Positions 13,861-27,100 of a stretch of 64,000 bases of DNA are shown piece after piece (positions within the stretch are counted from its first letter, which is position 1; each line of letters starts with the position of its first letter). The notes under the pieces were generated by a model. The model ran no database searches and had not been told where the DNA came from. It worked only from the letters and a program-made list of their open reading frames with translations. The stretch is from Octopus bimaculoides (lineage: Eukaryota), in contig NC_068985.1 of the NCBI RefSeq assembly GCF_001194135.2, positions 22,035,425 to 22,099,424 on the forward strand, read 5' to 3'. A program made the position numbers and the translations under genes.

Positions 13861-16800
13861 AATATATAGTTACAAATGTATATATTTAGAAGCATAAAAA
13901 CAATGAACATAGACTTAATAGAAGATTCAGTATGTGTAGAGTCCACTATTTATCATAAATGTATTGACAATTACATTGAAATTACACAAGGTTTGTAACT
14001 TTTTGAAACAGTTTGAATAAACCACAGAAGTAGTGAAATTTAGTCCATCACAGTCAGAATCAGTTATTATTTAAAGTTATTGCTCTTCCAGACAGGTTGG
14101 AGGACCATGCCTTGTTTGAAACTTCTATTTTTAGCATGGTTTCTACAGTTAGATACCCTTCCTATCACTAACCACTTTACAGAGTGTACCAGTTGCAATT
14201 TATCATGGCATTAGCATGAGAGAGGTTGTCATGTCTTTGACACTACCAAAGTGTATTGTCAATCCTACATTATTATTGTCTGATTGCCAACCACTTTACA
14301 GAGTGTCCTGGGTGCATTGTATCACGGTACCAACACTAGACAGGTTGTATTGTCCCCTGCAAGACTACAAAGTCCTCTCTGCACTATGTAATCTCCATTC
14401 TTTCAAAGAATATGTGACTGATAATGCAAATAGAAAATGAGTGATGATCAGGAAAGTGCAAGAGAATGTAAGTATGAAGGTATAAGATGGAGAAGACAGA
14501 GTGATAGGATGGTGGTGTGTGTGGTGGGGAGAGACACGGCAAAACCTATAAGTTGGTTGCTGGTAAGATGTTGAACAGGAAACAGCGTGAAAAATGTTTT
14601 GGGGATAGCAGCAATAATAATATGCAAAGATCGGAGAGAGAGTGAGTGGTGGATAACAACAGAGATGAGTGATAGTGAGAGTGGCAGATGTTGGTAAAGG
14701 TTGAATGAGGGGAGGGAAAAACAAGGGCAGTGGAAAATGATGGGTTGCTGTAGAGGGTAATGCTACTGAATATGGAAAGCTCTGTTATCCTTTTGTTTCA
14801 CAGGCATCATGATGAAAGAAAAATAAAGTGATAGAGGGATGATGGTGGGAAAGAAGTAGAATTGTAATGATAATGGGTGATGGTGGGCAGTTGGATGAAA
14901 TATCCCTGAAGAGAGAATAATGGTTAGGAGTAGTAAAGAGCACCAGTAAGGGATACTGAATATTAACAGACCTAATGTCTTTTTTTTACAATTAAGTAAA
15001 ATACCAAATTGTAATATTTATTTATGCATATGCTTATCAACAAGACTATATTCGAACTTTGATATATTTTTTTCTATCAATTATGTCCTTTTTTTATTAA
15101 AAATAAAAACAACAAAAATAGAATCATTATCACTTCTCATGTTAATACCAATGTCTACAGACAAAAATTCCAATAACTAATCTATGCAACAATTCTTCAG
15201 ATCTGTTTTCCAAACATTTAAAATGTCTTTACTGAAAGCAAAAAATTCTAAACATTTTTTTCTCAAAAACGCTATATAACATTTGGATGTGCCGTTAGAT
15301 GAAAATTTCCATGTGAAATCTTAAACATTTACTTTATTTAGACATTAAATATTTAACTATTTCAGGGGAAGCATCCACATTTGCATCTTCCTTTTTTTTT
15401 CTTTACTAGAGTGGCATTCCTCATTGATTAATTTGGCTCTTGAATGGAATAGATTTTGATAATTTTGTTATTTATTTACTTTTTCTTTCGTTTGCTTATG
15501 GTGATCTTTCAAATGATTATTAGATATGTTTCCTTTCCTTTGCTCTCTTCCACACCCATCCATCTCTCTGTCTCAATGATAGTAGCACAGGAAGAAGAGA
15601 GAAATAAAAAAAAAATATGAAAAATGAGAGAGAGAGAGAGGCAAATCAACAATAAAAAAAAAAACAGAAAAACATTCAGAGTGGAATTTGGGGATAGGGA
15701 AAAGATGATAGAGGTGAGAGGTAAGGGAGACATTGCACAGGAATAAAACATTTATGATCAGACCTCCCCCACTATACATTAGGCAGATGATCAAATAAAA
15801 TGTCCTAATAATATTTATATAGCTCAGCCCCTGTCTGAGAGGGAGACTAACAAAACCAAAGGGTAATGTAATTTGCGACATGTTTGAAACATTTTTAAGG
15901 GACAATGGCCAGAATTGACTGTGGTAAAGATATTTTCAATATGAGGAGAGTGACAATCCTTAAAATAAATACTTTACTACACAATCCATATGGTTTATTT
16001 CACAGTAATGATGCCTATGTTTATTTAGAGCCTCTCAGGCAGGCATAACTGTGCACTGATTAGTCATTGAAATCTGGGAATTTATTATCGAAACACACAT
16101 GCTAAATTACATTGTCAATGAATTAGAATTTTACTTTAATGATACCGAATGATTTTAGGATTTCATTTTCTTTCAGAAAAAGAGTTTAGCATTATTTCAG
16201 GAAAGAATATTTTCAATATACAGAATATAACAAAATAAAATTGATGTCATAGTGGTAATTTGGTGTAGAATCCTTTCCCAAAATAGTTGTAACTATGTGT
16301 ATACAGTGGTTAATAGATTATGATTAATCTTGTTTAAATTGGTGATGTCTCAGATTGAATAGTCAACATTAACATGAAACAGGTGTAATGCAAATAAAAT
16401 TAGAGCATGAGATGGCAATGTTAAGAGCACAAGCAAGAAGAAACTTGTACAACAGCCTGTCATTTTTTTACTTATCTATCTTTTCATAATTATTTCAGTG
16501 CTTACTTTCCTTGACACTGTCACAGCAACTTTAATTTCTAAGAATAAACCTTATAATAATATTTTTCTTTACTCCTGTTGATTGGTGTTCTTTTATATAA
16601 CTAAACATTATTCTCTGCAAGGTATATGTTTTTTTAATTAATAAGATATTCCAACTGACATAGCAGCCGACCAGTTATTTGATGTATTTATATAAAGCAA
16701 TGATTATAGATTTCTTTGTAATTCCAATAAAATGGTTCTTCATTATATTTACGATGGAGGTTGCTAGAATAAATAAATATGTAAATAAATAAATAAGGTA

Positions 16801-17854
16801 AGAAGCTTGCATTTTTATTTTTATATACTAGACTAGTGATTTTCATTTTTTTTTTTTAATAATATTATCTTCAACGGTAACCATAGAATTTTGAAAGACT
16901 TTTCCTAACTTAGAGTTTTATCTATATTCCAAACTTATTATAAGTTAGTATTTAGAAATCTGATAATTTGCCAACATCCTCAGATATTGTCTGCAGCCTC
17001 CTGCTGGGGAAGCCCAGTTTTAAAACGATGTATTCCACTCTGAGAAAAACCATGTTAAGATTCATCTACTGACAGGAAATTAACCTCTTATGGTGAAGAA
17101 TGGAGATAATACAGAATAGCAGTACAATAACAAAGAGGACAGTTACAACAAACTTCAGCTATGGCTAAATTATAGAATATGCTTTTGTCTTCAGTGTCCA
17201 TCGATCTATCAAGTCTCATTTATAAAGCTGGAATAGAAGTCAGGGAAAAGTGACATTTTCCAATTCTTAATCAGACTCCAAATAAGCTGTAAAGGAAATC
17301 AATGTATTTCAACAAGAAGGTCACCTCTGTTGAAGTACAAACATATTGCATAAACTAATAACAATATAAAAACAGAATCTTCTTAATACATAATTATAAA
17401 GAAGACATGCAGATAACTTTATGTAAATTGTCCACATTAAGCTGCAGAGTCTGATAAAGGTGGTTAGTACAATACAATACAATGTTGCCCGTCTAGGTAA
17501 TGTAATAAAATACTGTTGAGGTTAACTTCTATTTTTAATGCTTCTTAGTTTAATAAAGTCAGTACCAGTAGTGTACAAGCAATTATGCTTGTCTCCAAAA
17601 ATTAACTGTGTACCTGTGTATGAAACTAATTTTATTAATCTAAACATGAACAGTTTATATTACAATTATTTTCCTTTTATATTATCATCCTAATCTTCAG
17701 AAGTAGTAGAGTTAAAAAAAAAAAAAAAAAAAAGGTAGCATGATTAACTAAATAACTCACAGTACCTAGTTTCTATGATCAGATCCTGCTAGGGTCAACA
17801 TTGCTTTTCATCTTTCATAAAACAAGTATCAGTTAAGTATATATATGATTCCAC

Positions 17855-18045
17855 AATGTAACCTCGTGGATATCGTTGACGATTTTTTCTTCCTCCGTCT
17901 TCCCTTCTTTGGACTGTCCTATGTTTCCGACAAAGAGCTCCGCTCGAAACGTCATATTCTCTTTCTTTCCTTTCCCGAGCGTCTAGTAACACAATCTGTA
18001 TCACGTCCTTGCGTTGTTGTCTTTTGTCGTTTTTCTTTTTGAACT
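17855..18045 (+). mobile_element. Probable PLE-derived repeat carrying a degenerate minimal hammerhead-like motif (17927-17953)
   Basis: CpG-retaining patch with CCGACAA-A-GAG-ctccg-CTC-GAAAC-GTC. Confidence 0.55.
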
Positions 18046-18052
18046 TATATAT

Positions 18053-18140
18053 NNNNNNNNNNNNNNNNNNNNNNNNNNNNNNNNNNNNNNNNNNNNNNNN
18101 NNNNNNNNNNNNNNNNNNNNNNNNNNNNNNNNNNNNNNNN
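18053..18140. other. Assembly gap (N run)
   Basis: 88 N between (AT)n tracts. Confidence 1.
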
Positions 18141-18190
<50 letters not shown>

Positions 18191-18917
18191 TATTTACTTA
18201 CACGTACATATGGAGAAAGCCACTTAATTTGATCACTGTTAGATAAAAAATAACCAGTTGATAACATTAAGTAAGTAAATGATATAACACTATCATGAGC
18301 ATGTAGGGGACCCACTAACTTTGATATCATTATTGGTGATTATAATAGATAGCTTTCACTGAAGAGTTACCTCAGTTTCCTTGGAATCTACTTTATTCCA
18401 ATATATCTTTTTAAAGATAACTAACAAGAGAATAGTTTTTAAAAAACATTATTAAATATATTTTCTACTTTTTCCCTTTGGTATATATTCTAATTATTTC
18501 AAAACTATCTGCATACACAATAACATGTAAATTAACATCATTTATGGATGATTTACAGTAGGTAAAAATAGTTAATCTTTCTCCTGCTATTACACTCACT
18601 GAATTACTTTTTTTTTTTACTATCAATGCATGGCTGTGTGGTTAAGAAGCTTGCTCTGCAACTATGCAGCTTCAGGTTCAATCCCACTTTATGGCAGCTT
18701 AAGCAAGTGTCTTTTACAATAGTTCTAGGATGACCAATGCTTTGTGAATGAATTTGGCAGATGGAAACTGTGTGGAAGCCTTTAGGAAGGGTATCCAGCC
18801 ATAGAAGCCATGCAAAATCAGACTGGAGTCTGGTGCAGCCCCTCAGCTTGCCAGCCCTGGTCAAACTGTCCAACTCATGCCAGCAAAGACAGCAGACATT
18901 AAATGATGATGATGATG

Positions 18918-18956
<39 letters not shown>

Positions 18957-19012
18957 TATGTATGTATAAGTGAATGTATGTGTGTGTATGTATACTCATG
19001 TTTCTGTGTGTC

Positions 19013-19135
<123 letters not shown>

Positions 19136-20022
19136 CTTTCTCCCCCACTTAATGACCAGTGTTGGCTTGTGTATGTCCTTGTTACTTAGTAATTAGGATC
19201 TCGTTGATAACAAGAACTCATCAACAGATGAACACCAACAGTATTGTGATGTCAGCAGCTGGTTACATGACCTCAACGACAAGAATGGATTAAATCAGTT
19301 AAAAGTACAGAAAAAAGATTAAGCAGTATTTCTCAGGAGCTGTTGTTTAATCCCAGGCCAGATCAGCCTTTATTGAGTAATCCTATCATCGAATATTCCA
19401 CCCATGGCCATCCCATCTAATTTTAGACAATATATCAAAACTACTATCAAAATTGTATCTTTACTTTTTCTAAGATGGTAGGATAGGTTTGAGGAAAATT
19501 TTGCTGCTTTTTCTAGCAGGTCTAGAGACCAAGTAGAGACTCATCTATCTTTTATGTTTCAATTGTTTCAGTCATTGGATTGTGGCTATGCTGGAGCATC
19601 ACTTTGAAGGGTTTTAATGGAAGAAATCAACACCAATATTTTACTTTTAAATTTGGTACAGTCTTTTTACTGAACTGCTACATTACAGGGACATAAACTA
19701 ACAAGTTGTCATGCAGTGGAGTGATACACACAAAATACACACACACACACACACACACAAACATACACACACACACATATATCTACATATATATGACGGG
19801 CTTCTTTCAGTTTCTGTCAAACAAATCTACTCACAAGGCTTTGGTTAACCTGGGGCTATAGTAGAAAACACTTGCCCAAGGTGCTACATAGTGAGACTGA
19901 ATCCATAATCATGTGGTTGGGAAGCAAACTTCTTACCACACATCCATGCCTATGCTTATGGTAGGATATGGTTTGAGGAAAATTTGCCTGCTTTTTCTAG
20001 CAGGTCCAATGACCATATAGAG

Positions 20023-20678
20023 CAGTGGTTCTCAACTGGTGTTCATATGGCCCTTGTAGGTCCGTATAATATTTTGTTGTTAAAATTTATGTGTAATAAA
20101 TTGCTTATACTTCTAGAATGTGGAGGCACAATGACCCAGTGGTTAGAGCAGCGGACTTGCAGTCATAGGATCGCGGTTTCGATTCCCAGACTGGGCGTTG
20201 TGAGTGTTTATTGAGCGAAAACACCTAAAGCTCCACGAGGCTCCGGCAGGGGATGGTGGTGAACCCTGCTGTACTCTTCCACCACAACTTTCTCTCACTC
20301 TTACTTCCTGTTTCTGTTGTGCCTGTAATTCAAAAGGCCAGCCTTGTCACACTCTTTGTCACGCTGAATCTCCCCGAGAACTACGTTAAAGGGATACATG
20401 TCTGTGGAGTGCTCAGCCACATGCACGTTAATTTCACGAGCAGGCTGTTCTGTTGATCGGATCAACTGGAACCCTCGACGTCGTAAGCGGCGGAGTGCCA
20501 ATAACAACAACAACTTCTACAATACATAATTTTTTTTTTAATACAATTCCTGATAATGTTTAATTATAAAAATACAGTAGGAATTTTTGTTATCTACATC
20601 AAATGGCTATGGAGGTCAAGTGGAGAAAAATAGGAATCAAAGGAGTCCATTGATAAAATAAATGGTTGAGAACCACTG
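20023..20678. mobile_element. hAT (Buster/Charlie-like) MITE interrupted by a tRNA-derived SINE
   Basis: TIR cagtggttctcaac / gttgagaaccactg. 8-bp TSD ATATAGAG/ATGTAGAG. Confidence 0.85.
20122..20513 (+). mobile_element. tRNA-derived SINE family E (single copy here)
   Basis: A box TGACCCAGTGG (20132-20142), B box GGTTTCGATTCC (20175-20186), (AAC)n tail, and an 11-bp TSD-like ACTTCTA(G/C)AAT. Confidence 0.85.
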
Positions 20679-21269
20679 ATGTAGAGGCTTGTTTGTTGGT
20701 TTGTTGGTCAGAGATATTTCCCTTAAATCACTTTGTAAAGATTCTCCGTGTCTATGTTAAGAAATCAATATTTAACAGGTAGCAGCACAATCAGCAGACG
20801 CAGCAAATGAGTAATGAGGTTTTAGACAGAAAGAAACCAGATGCTTTCAGAATTACTGATTACACATCAGGTAGTACCCAGTGGAGGTCTGAAATTACAG
20901 GTGGTGCCTGGTCATTTGATTGATTTAACCAGCATTGCTGTGGTGGTGTCATTAATAATAACTTAGTGAATGTTGAGAGGCCTGCTTTTATTGATAACAA
21001 AAATTTTCTCCATCACAACACAAATGTAACAGTCGTATTTATAGACTGACTGTTGTAATATATTCAAAGGTAAGAAAAGAATTGAAAATAAAGATTACAG
21101 TGTAGACTGAAGTCAAGTTAATATATAAAGCCATAAAAAAAGAGTCTCTGAATTTTATAGTGCATTCATGCTGAGAACAGATGATGAGAATTGGATGACT
21201 GACAGTAGTGGGTTGGGGATAGAATACCTACTTAAGAGAGGATTACCTGTTGAGATGACTAAGATCTCA

Positions 21270-21475
21270 AGTGAGGGAGCCTCGAGGTGGCGTGTAGACA
21301 TGCTAGAAATAATAACCAAATTTCCTTCTAATCACACTGTACTATCTTAAAAATAAAGGACATATCGGATAATGTAATCCTGAAAATAAGAAAGGATGGT
21401 TAAGGTTGATATGCCTTTGATGAGAGATTTATCTGATCAGGGTTGACTGAGAATAAACAACAAAAACAACAACTA
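21270..21475 (+). mobile_element. Repeat family D (~200 bp, SINE-like, (ACA)n tail)
   Basis: Recurs at ~1610-1830, 7980-8175, 10400-10595 (minus), 11425-11650, 19335-19545 (minus), 21995-22170, 26130-26280 and 31165-31380. Confidence 0.75.
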
Positions 21476-22380
21476 AGAAGTCAACAGGTTGTGAGGAGAT
21501 GCATATAACTAGTGTGGTAGACATGAAGAAGGAGAAGGGGAAGAAGAGGGGAGGAGCAGGCAAAGACGACAGAAGAGAATAATAGAGAAAGGAAAATTAA
21601 CATATTCGATGGCATGTAAGATGCATTTTTTTTTTCAGAAAGATGTCTCCAAAAAAAAAAAAAAAGAAGAAGAAGAAAAGCACCCTGGGTCTTATGTGTA
21701 AGGTTGGGCTTCCCATAAGCTTTAATGCACTAAAAACATTTTATCCTGAATATACACTGTTGAAATTGGGGTGTGTCTAATATGCCTGAGAATCTTTCAA
21801 GCCATCAAATATGGTAGAAAGAAAAATAGAAAGCTGATAATCATTAAATAGATAAAGGTGATATGAAAATAAATATCTTGCCCCTCCCACCATAATTATT
21901 TCTCCATAATTTGAAAAGACAACCATTTCGTGTATAATTTGTTTATTACAAGCCAACATAATGGGATGGAATGGGGACTCTTGATGATCACTTGACTAGC
22001 TAAATATAGAAGCTCAATCTCCTCCATATATCACAACCTCTGTCTAAAAAAAAAATGAAGGGAAGACATATTGGATAATGTAGTTATTGATACATTGGTT
22101 GGAAAAAATATAGTCACATATAGAATGTCATTGCTCATAAGTTTGTTTGTCCAGACAGAGCTGCCCAAGGCTATGTAACAAGAAATTACTTATTACATCA
22201 GTTCTGTAAACAAATGAACAAGATTAATTGAAGTAATTACAGAGACAGAAGAATTTAAAAAAAAAAAAGAATAAAATCGATAGAACAAGTTAGATGTGAA
22301 TAAATCAATAGCCACAGAAAATGTGTTTACCTTGACCAAATAGCTTTATGAAAATAGGTGTGATATTTGAAGTAACATAC

Positions 22381-22493
22381 CTGTATTCTTCTTCAGGATA
22401 TTCTATGACTTTCAAAACATTATTTTTCCAAGCTTCTAGCTCATCAAACTCCAGTTTGGCTTCAATGGCAGCCAAAGACTGTTCAGGTTTAAT
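22381..22493 (-). CDS. Internal exon of the same gene: IKPEQSLAAIEAKLEFDELEAWKNNVLKVIEYPEEEY(R/S)
   Basis: Acceptor ttttattttcttatacctag and donor AG|gtatgt. 113 nt = 37 codons+2. The phase-0 start matches the preceding exon. Helical, charged segment. Confidence 0.85.
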
Positions 22494-23439
22494 CTAGGTA
22501 TAAGAAAATAAAACAAATAAAAAAAAAAATGAAAATAAAAAAAAAAATTACTGCTGCCACCTCCAAAACCACCACCAAAGCCACCACTACCATCACCAAG
22601 CATCACCTGTACAGATATTTTTACATTGGCCCATTGTAGGAGTAGAAGCATTATTGATTGAATTAACCCAAGTTTTTTTTTTTTTTAATTCAAATTTTAA
22701 TTTCATAATGCAGTTTGCAAACAATAGTTCTAGTTCAGTGCATTTACAATGAAGTAGGCATCTAAGGACTGCCTACACAAATTGGTTGGAACAAACATCA
22801 CAAGGAATTTTCATTTAACGGTCATCAGTTTATTGCATTCCTTGCTAAAGCTTATATCATTTGCTGCAACATACACACTTACACTCATACACACATATAC
22901 CATTCGTTCATTCAACATCTATTTTCCATGCTAGCATGGTTCAGATGGGGAACTGAAGTAGGGTTTTTTACAGATGCCCTCCTTATAGCCAACCCTCACC
23001 TGTTTTTCATGAAAGGGAATTTTTTTTTTAATTCCTGAGTTTTAAAAGGAATTTGAAAGCTTTGAGCTAGCAGATTTGTGGGCAGGAAATATCAACAAAC
23101 ATCACCATCTTTCTTTTTTTTTTGCTGTATGTAGCTCAGTATGGATTGTAAACATTTACACACATACACACATAATGGGCTTCTTTCAGTTTCTATCTAC
23201 CAAACTCCTTCACAAGGTATTGGTTAGCCTGAGGCTATAGTAGAAGACATGTGCCCAAAGTGCCATGCAGTGGGACTGGGCTCAAAGCCACATAGTTGTG
23301 AAGTGAACTTCTTAACCACACATCCATGCTTGCGTGTGCGCATGCACGCTCACACACACACATTAATTTGGTGGTCATTAAGAAAATTAGGAGTTGAAGA
23401 ATAGTTCAGCAGAAGTGCCAACCATGTATAAAGATGTTA

Positions 23440-23880
23440 TCAGCTAAATCAGGGTTGGAATTGAGTTTGGAATTGAGTTTGGAGTGCAAGCAGGGGTCCC
23501 CTCCTATTTATTATGGTCCTGAAGACACAACAGAAGAGGTTAAGACTGGCTGCTCATGAGAGTTCCTATATACTGATGACCTAGTGCTTATTAGCTGAGA
23601 CTGTGTAAGATTTAGAGTAAAAGTCCTAGATGTGGAAACAAAATTTAGAATCAAGAGACCTTAGAGTAAACTTAGAAAGATCCAGAAGATCCATGTGGAA
23701 AGATCCAATGGAAAGAGAAAAACTAAGGAAGACAAAGACAGAAATAGTGAAGGCTGATCCCAGGAAACTGAACCTTACACAAATGATGATTAAGGAACAC
23801 AACCAACAAGTTGGTGGAATGCTGTATAGGAGAGAACTTATCCAACCCATGCAAGCATGGAAAAACAGACAACATTTAAA
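23440..23880 (+). mobile_element. Decayed RTE-clade LINE fragment (RT core, C-terminus and 3' tail)
   Basis: Remnants EFGVQAGV..PLLFIMVL, KTGCS*EFLYTDDLVLI and MWKQNLESRDLRVNLE. Ends in tccaacccatgcaagcatggaaaa. Confidence 0.8.
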
Positions 23881-25256
23881 TAACAGAGAGAGTGTATATT
23901 TATATGTACCTCACTGTAGAATTGACTATGATGAATTAAAACCTTGCTGTTATATATTTCTTGTAAGAAGTGTGCATTTTAGAATTTAAAATGCAGTGTT
24001 CGATAAAAAATATTTCTAACAATGTGTTTAATGTATTTTGATTCAATGAGAAATATAAATTTTTTATGAGACAAAAAGCCAGTTACTTTAAATGAAGGGT
24101 GAATAAATATACCTTGTACCTTAACGTCTTAATAGCATTTGTTTTATTGAACCAGGAGAGATGAAAGGCAAATTCCACTCAAAAAGGAGGACACAAACAC
24201 AATGAAGCATTATCCTTGCCCTTTTCACTACCATCAAAGTATATTTTAGGGATCATGATCTATAAATGCTGAAAGACTGAAAATAATTGAGGGAAATGGA
24301 GAGTAGGAAGTTAAGGAGAATTAGCAAGAAAAGAGATTTCATTTACAGTGAAGATTTTAACTCCTTCTCCACCATTGACTCCCTTCTGACCTACTTGCCG
24401 AGAAAAAGGGATTTATTATATATCAGAAGTAATGGGGATCTATTATATATTAGAAAGGTTTTGCACTCAATCACTCATATTATGAGATAATGTTTATTTT
24501 GTCTTTCCATTAAAAATTAGCTTTAATTCTGAATAAAAGCAGCATGTGCTGTGTAGAAATATTCCTTATATTTACACAGCTGTTATAAAAGTGTGTCTCT
24601 TCATACATTATCAACAGACCACACACCTTTTCTAAGAATATAAATTGCTCAAATACTGCAAAATGATTTTAACAAGTTTAAATCATTGGCCATAGTTTGA
24701 AGGAATATAGTGAACTCCATCTGCAATATAAACATGGGAATATAGCATTCCAGTTTATTGTGCTTAACCAAATCTTAACACTTCAAGGGTGGCAATCAAG
24801 ATGAAGACATCTTCCCTGTTAGATTTTGGTTTACCACCTTAAGGGCATAATGTTTAGAATCAGCAGAAAGATATTGAACAAATGAGATGAAAGAAAACAG
24901 CTTTTAGCTTATATGTATAAAACAAGAAACTATTTCACATGAATGATAATAGCAATGAAAATTATACCATACTAAGACATCACAATCACAAGTCAATGAA
25001 AGATTCACTATATGATTGTTTGATTAGGTAGAAATAGCCAAATCTTCCTCATCTCTGAAGAACAACAACCAAAGGTCAAGTGTGTTTGAAGCAGGCTTTA
25101 AATTACTAAATGGTCTGAGTGTCTAACTGACAGAGAAAGTCTTTTACATTGTATTCATAGCAGCAACTGCATTGTGGAGATTTAACCATTTCTATTATTT
25201 TAATAACATGAAATTATCACTTTCTTCATCACAGGAAAGAAGAAAAAAAAAACATA

Positions 25257-25473
25257 TGAGGGGGTACTAAAAAGTTCCAGGCTTTGGGTGAATGAAAATA
25301 CAGGAGGATCAGTTAATTAGGATTTTATTCAACATATTTCCCTCTCAGATTCACACATTTAATGCAGCAGTCCTTCAGTTTTTCTAAGCCCTGTAAAAGA
25401 ACTCAGAAGGTTGGGCCTCCAACCAGGCCTTTCATGATACCCTTAAGGCCAGGAACTTTTCCGTACACTCTTG
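25257..25473. mobile_element. Mariner-derived MITE (~217 bp)
   Basis: TA flanks and degenerate TIRs tgagggggtactaaaaagttcc / ggaacttttccgtacactcttg. The interior carries a mariner transposase 3' end on the minus strand (KCVNLRGKYVE*). Confidence 0.8.
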
Positions 25474-25526
25474 TATAACCTAATTTCATTAGAACAATAC
25501 CAATGACTAAATGAGCAAATCATTAA

Positions 25527-26115
25527 TCTTTACTCTTTTACTTGTTTCAGTCATTTGACTGTGGCCATGCTGGAGCACCACCTTTAGTCGAGCAAATTGA
25601 CACCAGGGCTTATTCTTTGTAAGCGTAGTACTTATTCTATCGGTCTATTTTGCCGAAGCGCTAAGTTACGGGGACATAAACACACCAGCATCAGTTGTCA
25701 AGCGATGCTGGGGGACAAATACAGACACACAAACATACACACACACACACACACACACACGCAAAAACACACACACACACACGCACACACACATATATAN
25801 NNNNNNNNNNNNNNNNNNNNNNNNNNNNNNNNNNNNNNNNNNNNNNNNNNNNNNNNNNNNNNNNNNNNNATATATATATATATATACTCATGCTAGCATG
25901 GAAAGCGGACGTTAAACGATGATGATGATGATGATGATATACACATATATACGACAAGCTTCTTTCAGTTTCCGTCTACCAAATCCTCTCACAAGGCTTT
26001 GGTTGGCCTGAGGCTATAGTAAAAGACACTTGCCCAAGGTGCCATGCAGTGGGACTGAACCTGGAACCATGTGCTTGGTAAGCAAGCTACTTACCACACA
26101 GCCACTCCTACGCCA
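25527..26115 (-). mobile_element. SINE family A copy with an N gap and a family-C tail remnant in its central microsatellite
   Basis: Family A tail and head flank catgctagcatggaaagcggacgttaaacgatgatg (25889-25938). Confidence 0.85.
25800..25869. other. Assembly gap (N run)
   Basis: 70 N. Confidence 1.
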
Positions 26116-26341
26116 ATATTAGACCAATATCTCAAACTACATTTTTAAGGGTGACCATATTGGTCTTCTAATGTGGGTAGAATGACATAGCACAAAATTC
26201 ATAGAATATCCCTTAGTTTGATCAGGTTCTTATAGCAGAGCTTTATCAAGACTGACCTGGGGCTAAACAACTACAACAGTAATCACAATTTCGGAACAGA
26301 AAGTAAAGCAATCAAGTAGAAAAAATAAAATTTATGCTTAC

Positions 26342-26490
26342 TTGAAAAAAATAATTGGATGCAAGCCCAGGTCCAGCAACCCTCCGAGCAATGAAACCAT
26401 CACTGGCTGGTATCCTTCCTCGGCTTTTTATCACTGTATGAAACATAACACTGTCCCATAAACCACGAAAAGCCCGACGCAGTGTGCCGA
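26342..26490 (-). CDS. Internal exon of the same gene: GTLRRAFRGLWDSVMFHTVIKSRGRIPASDGFIARRVAGPGLASNYFFQ
   Basis: Acceptor ctctttctcctttattccag and donor CAA|gtaagc. 149 nt = 2+49 codons. GC/CpG-richer than flanks; lies within track ORF 26312..26593. Confidence 0.9.
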
Positions 26491-26814
26491 CTGGAATAAA
26501 GGAGAAAGAGACAGAAATCATTAAAAAAAATAGTATTTTATAACAGCTTTTAATGAATATACTAGTAAATGAATATTTAAAACTTAAGATCACTGATGAT
26601 AGAGATGGTTAAACCAAATGTGACAGAATTTTCACATTTACATTGTATCACTAAAGATTGGGTTTTGAATTCATTTGCGCAATATTCCTGGCAAAATAAT
26701 TTAAGTCAGTTCCATACAGGCATTCTTTGCTAAATACCATAAAATAGAGGTAGAACTAACTCGAATATGGAGAAGACACTTCAAGTGAGAAGTATTGATC
26801 ATTTCAGTTAACCC

Positions 26815-27100
26815 GTGAAAGAAATTAAAGTATAAATTATTTCCATACAATACTTTCTGTGCTTGACACTTATAAAAAAAAAAGGTATTGAACTATTAAT
26901 TCAATGATGTCGACGGTATTTTTCTGTATTTCTGGGTGAAAATACTTTTTTTTTTTTACACGTGCTGTGAATGAGATTCAATAAAGAATAAATTATTTAT
27001 GTAAGATGATTTGTGTTTAACGTATAAAAAAGACATTGAACTATCAACTCAATAATGTTGATGGTATTTTGCTGTATTTCTGAGCAAAACACTATATTTT
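26815..27100. repeat. Diverged tandem duplication, period ~150 bp
   Basis: Copies start gtgaa at 26815 and 26967 and share ataaattattt, ttgaactat.aa.tcaat.atgt.ga.ggtattt and ctgtatttctg. Confidence 0.75.
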
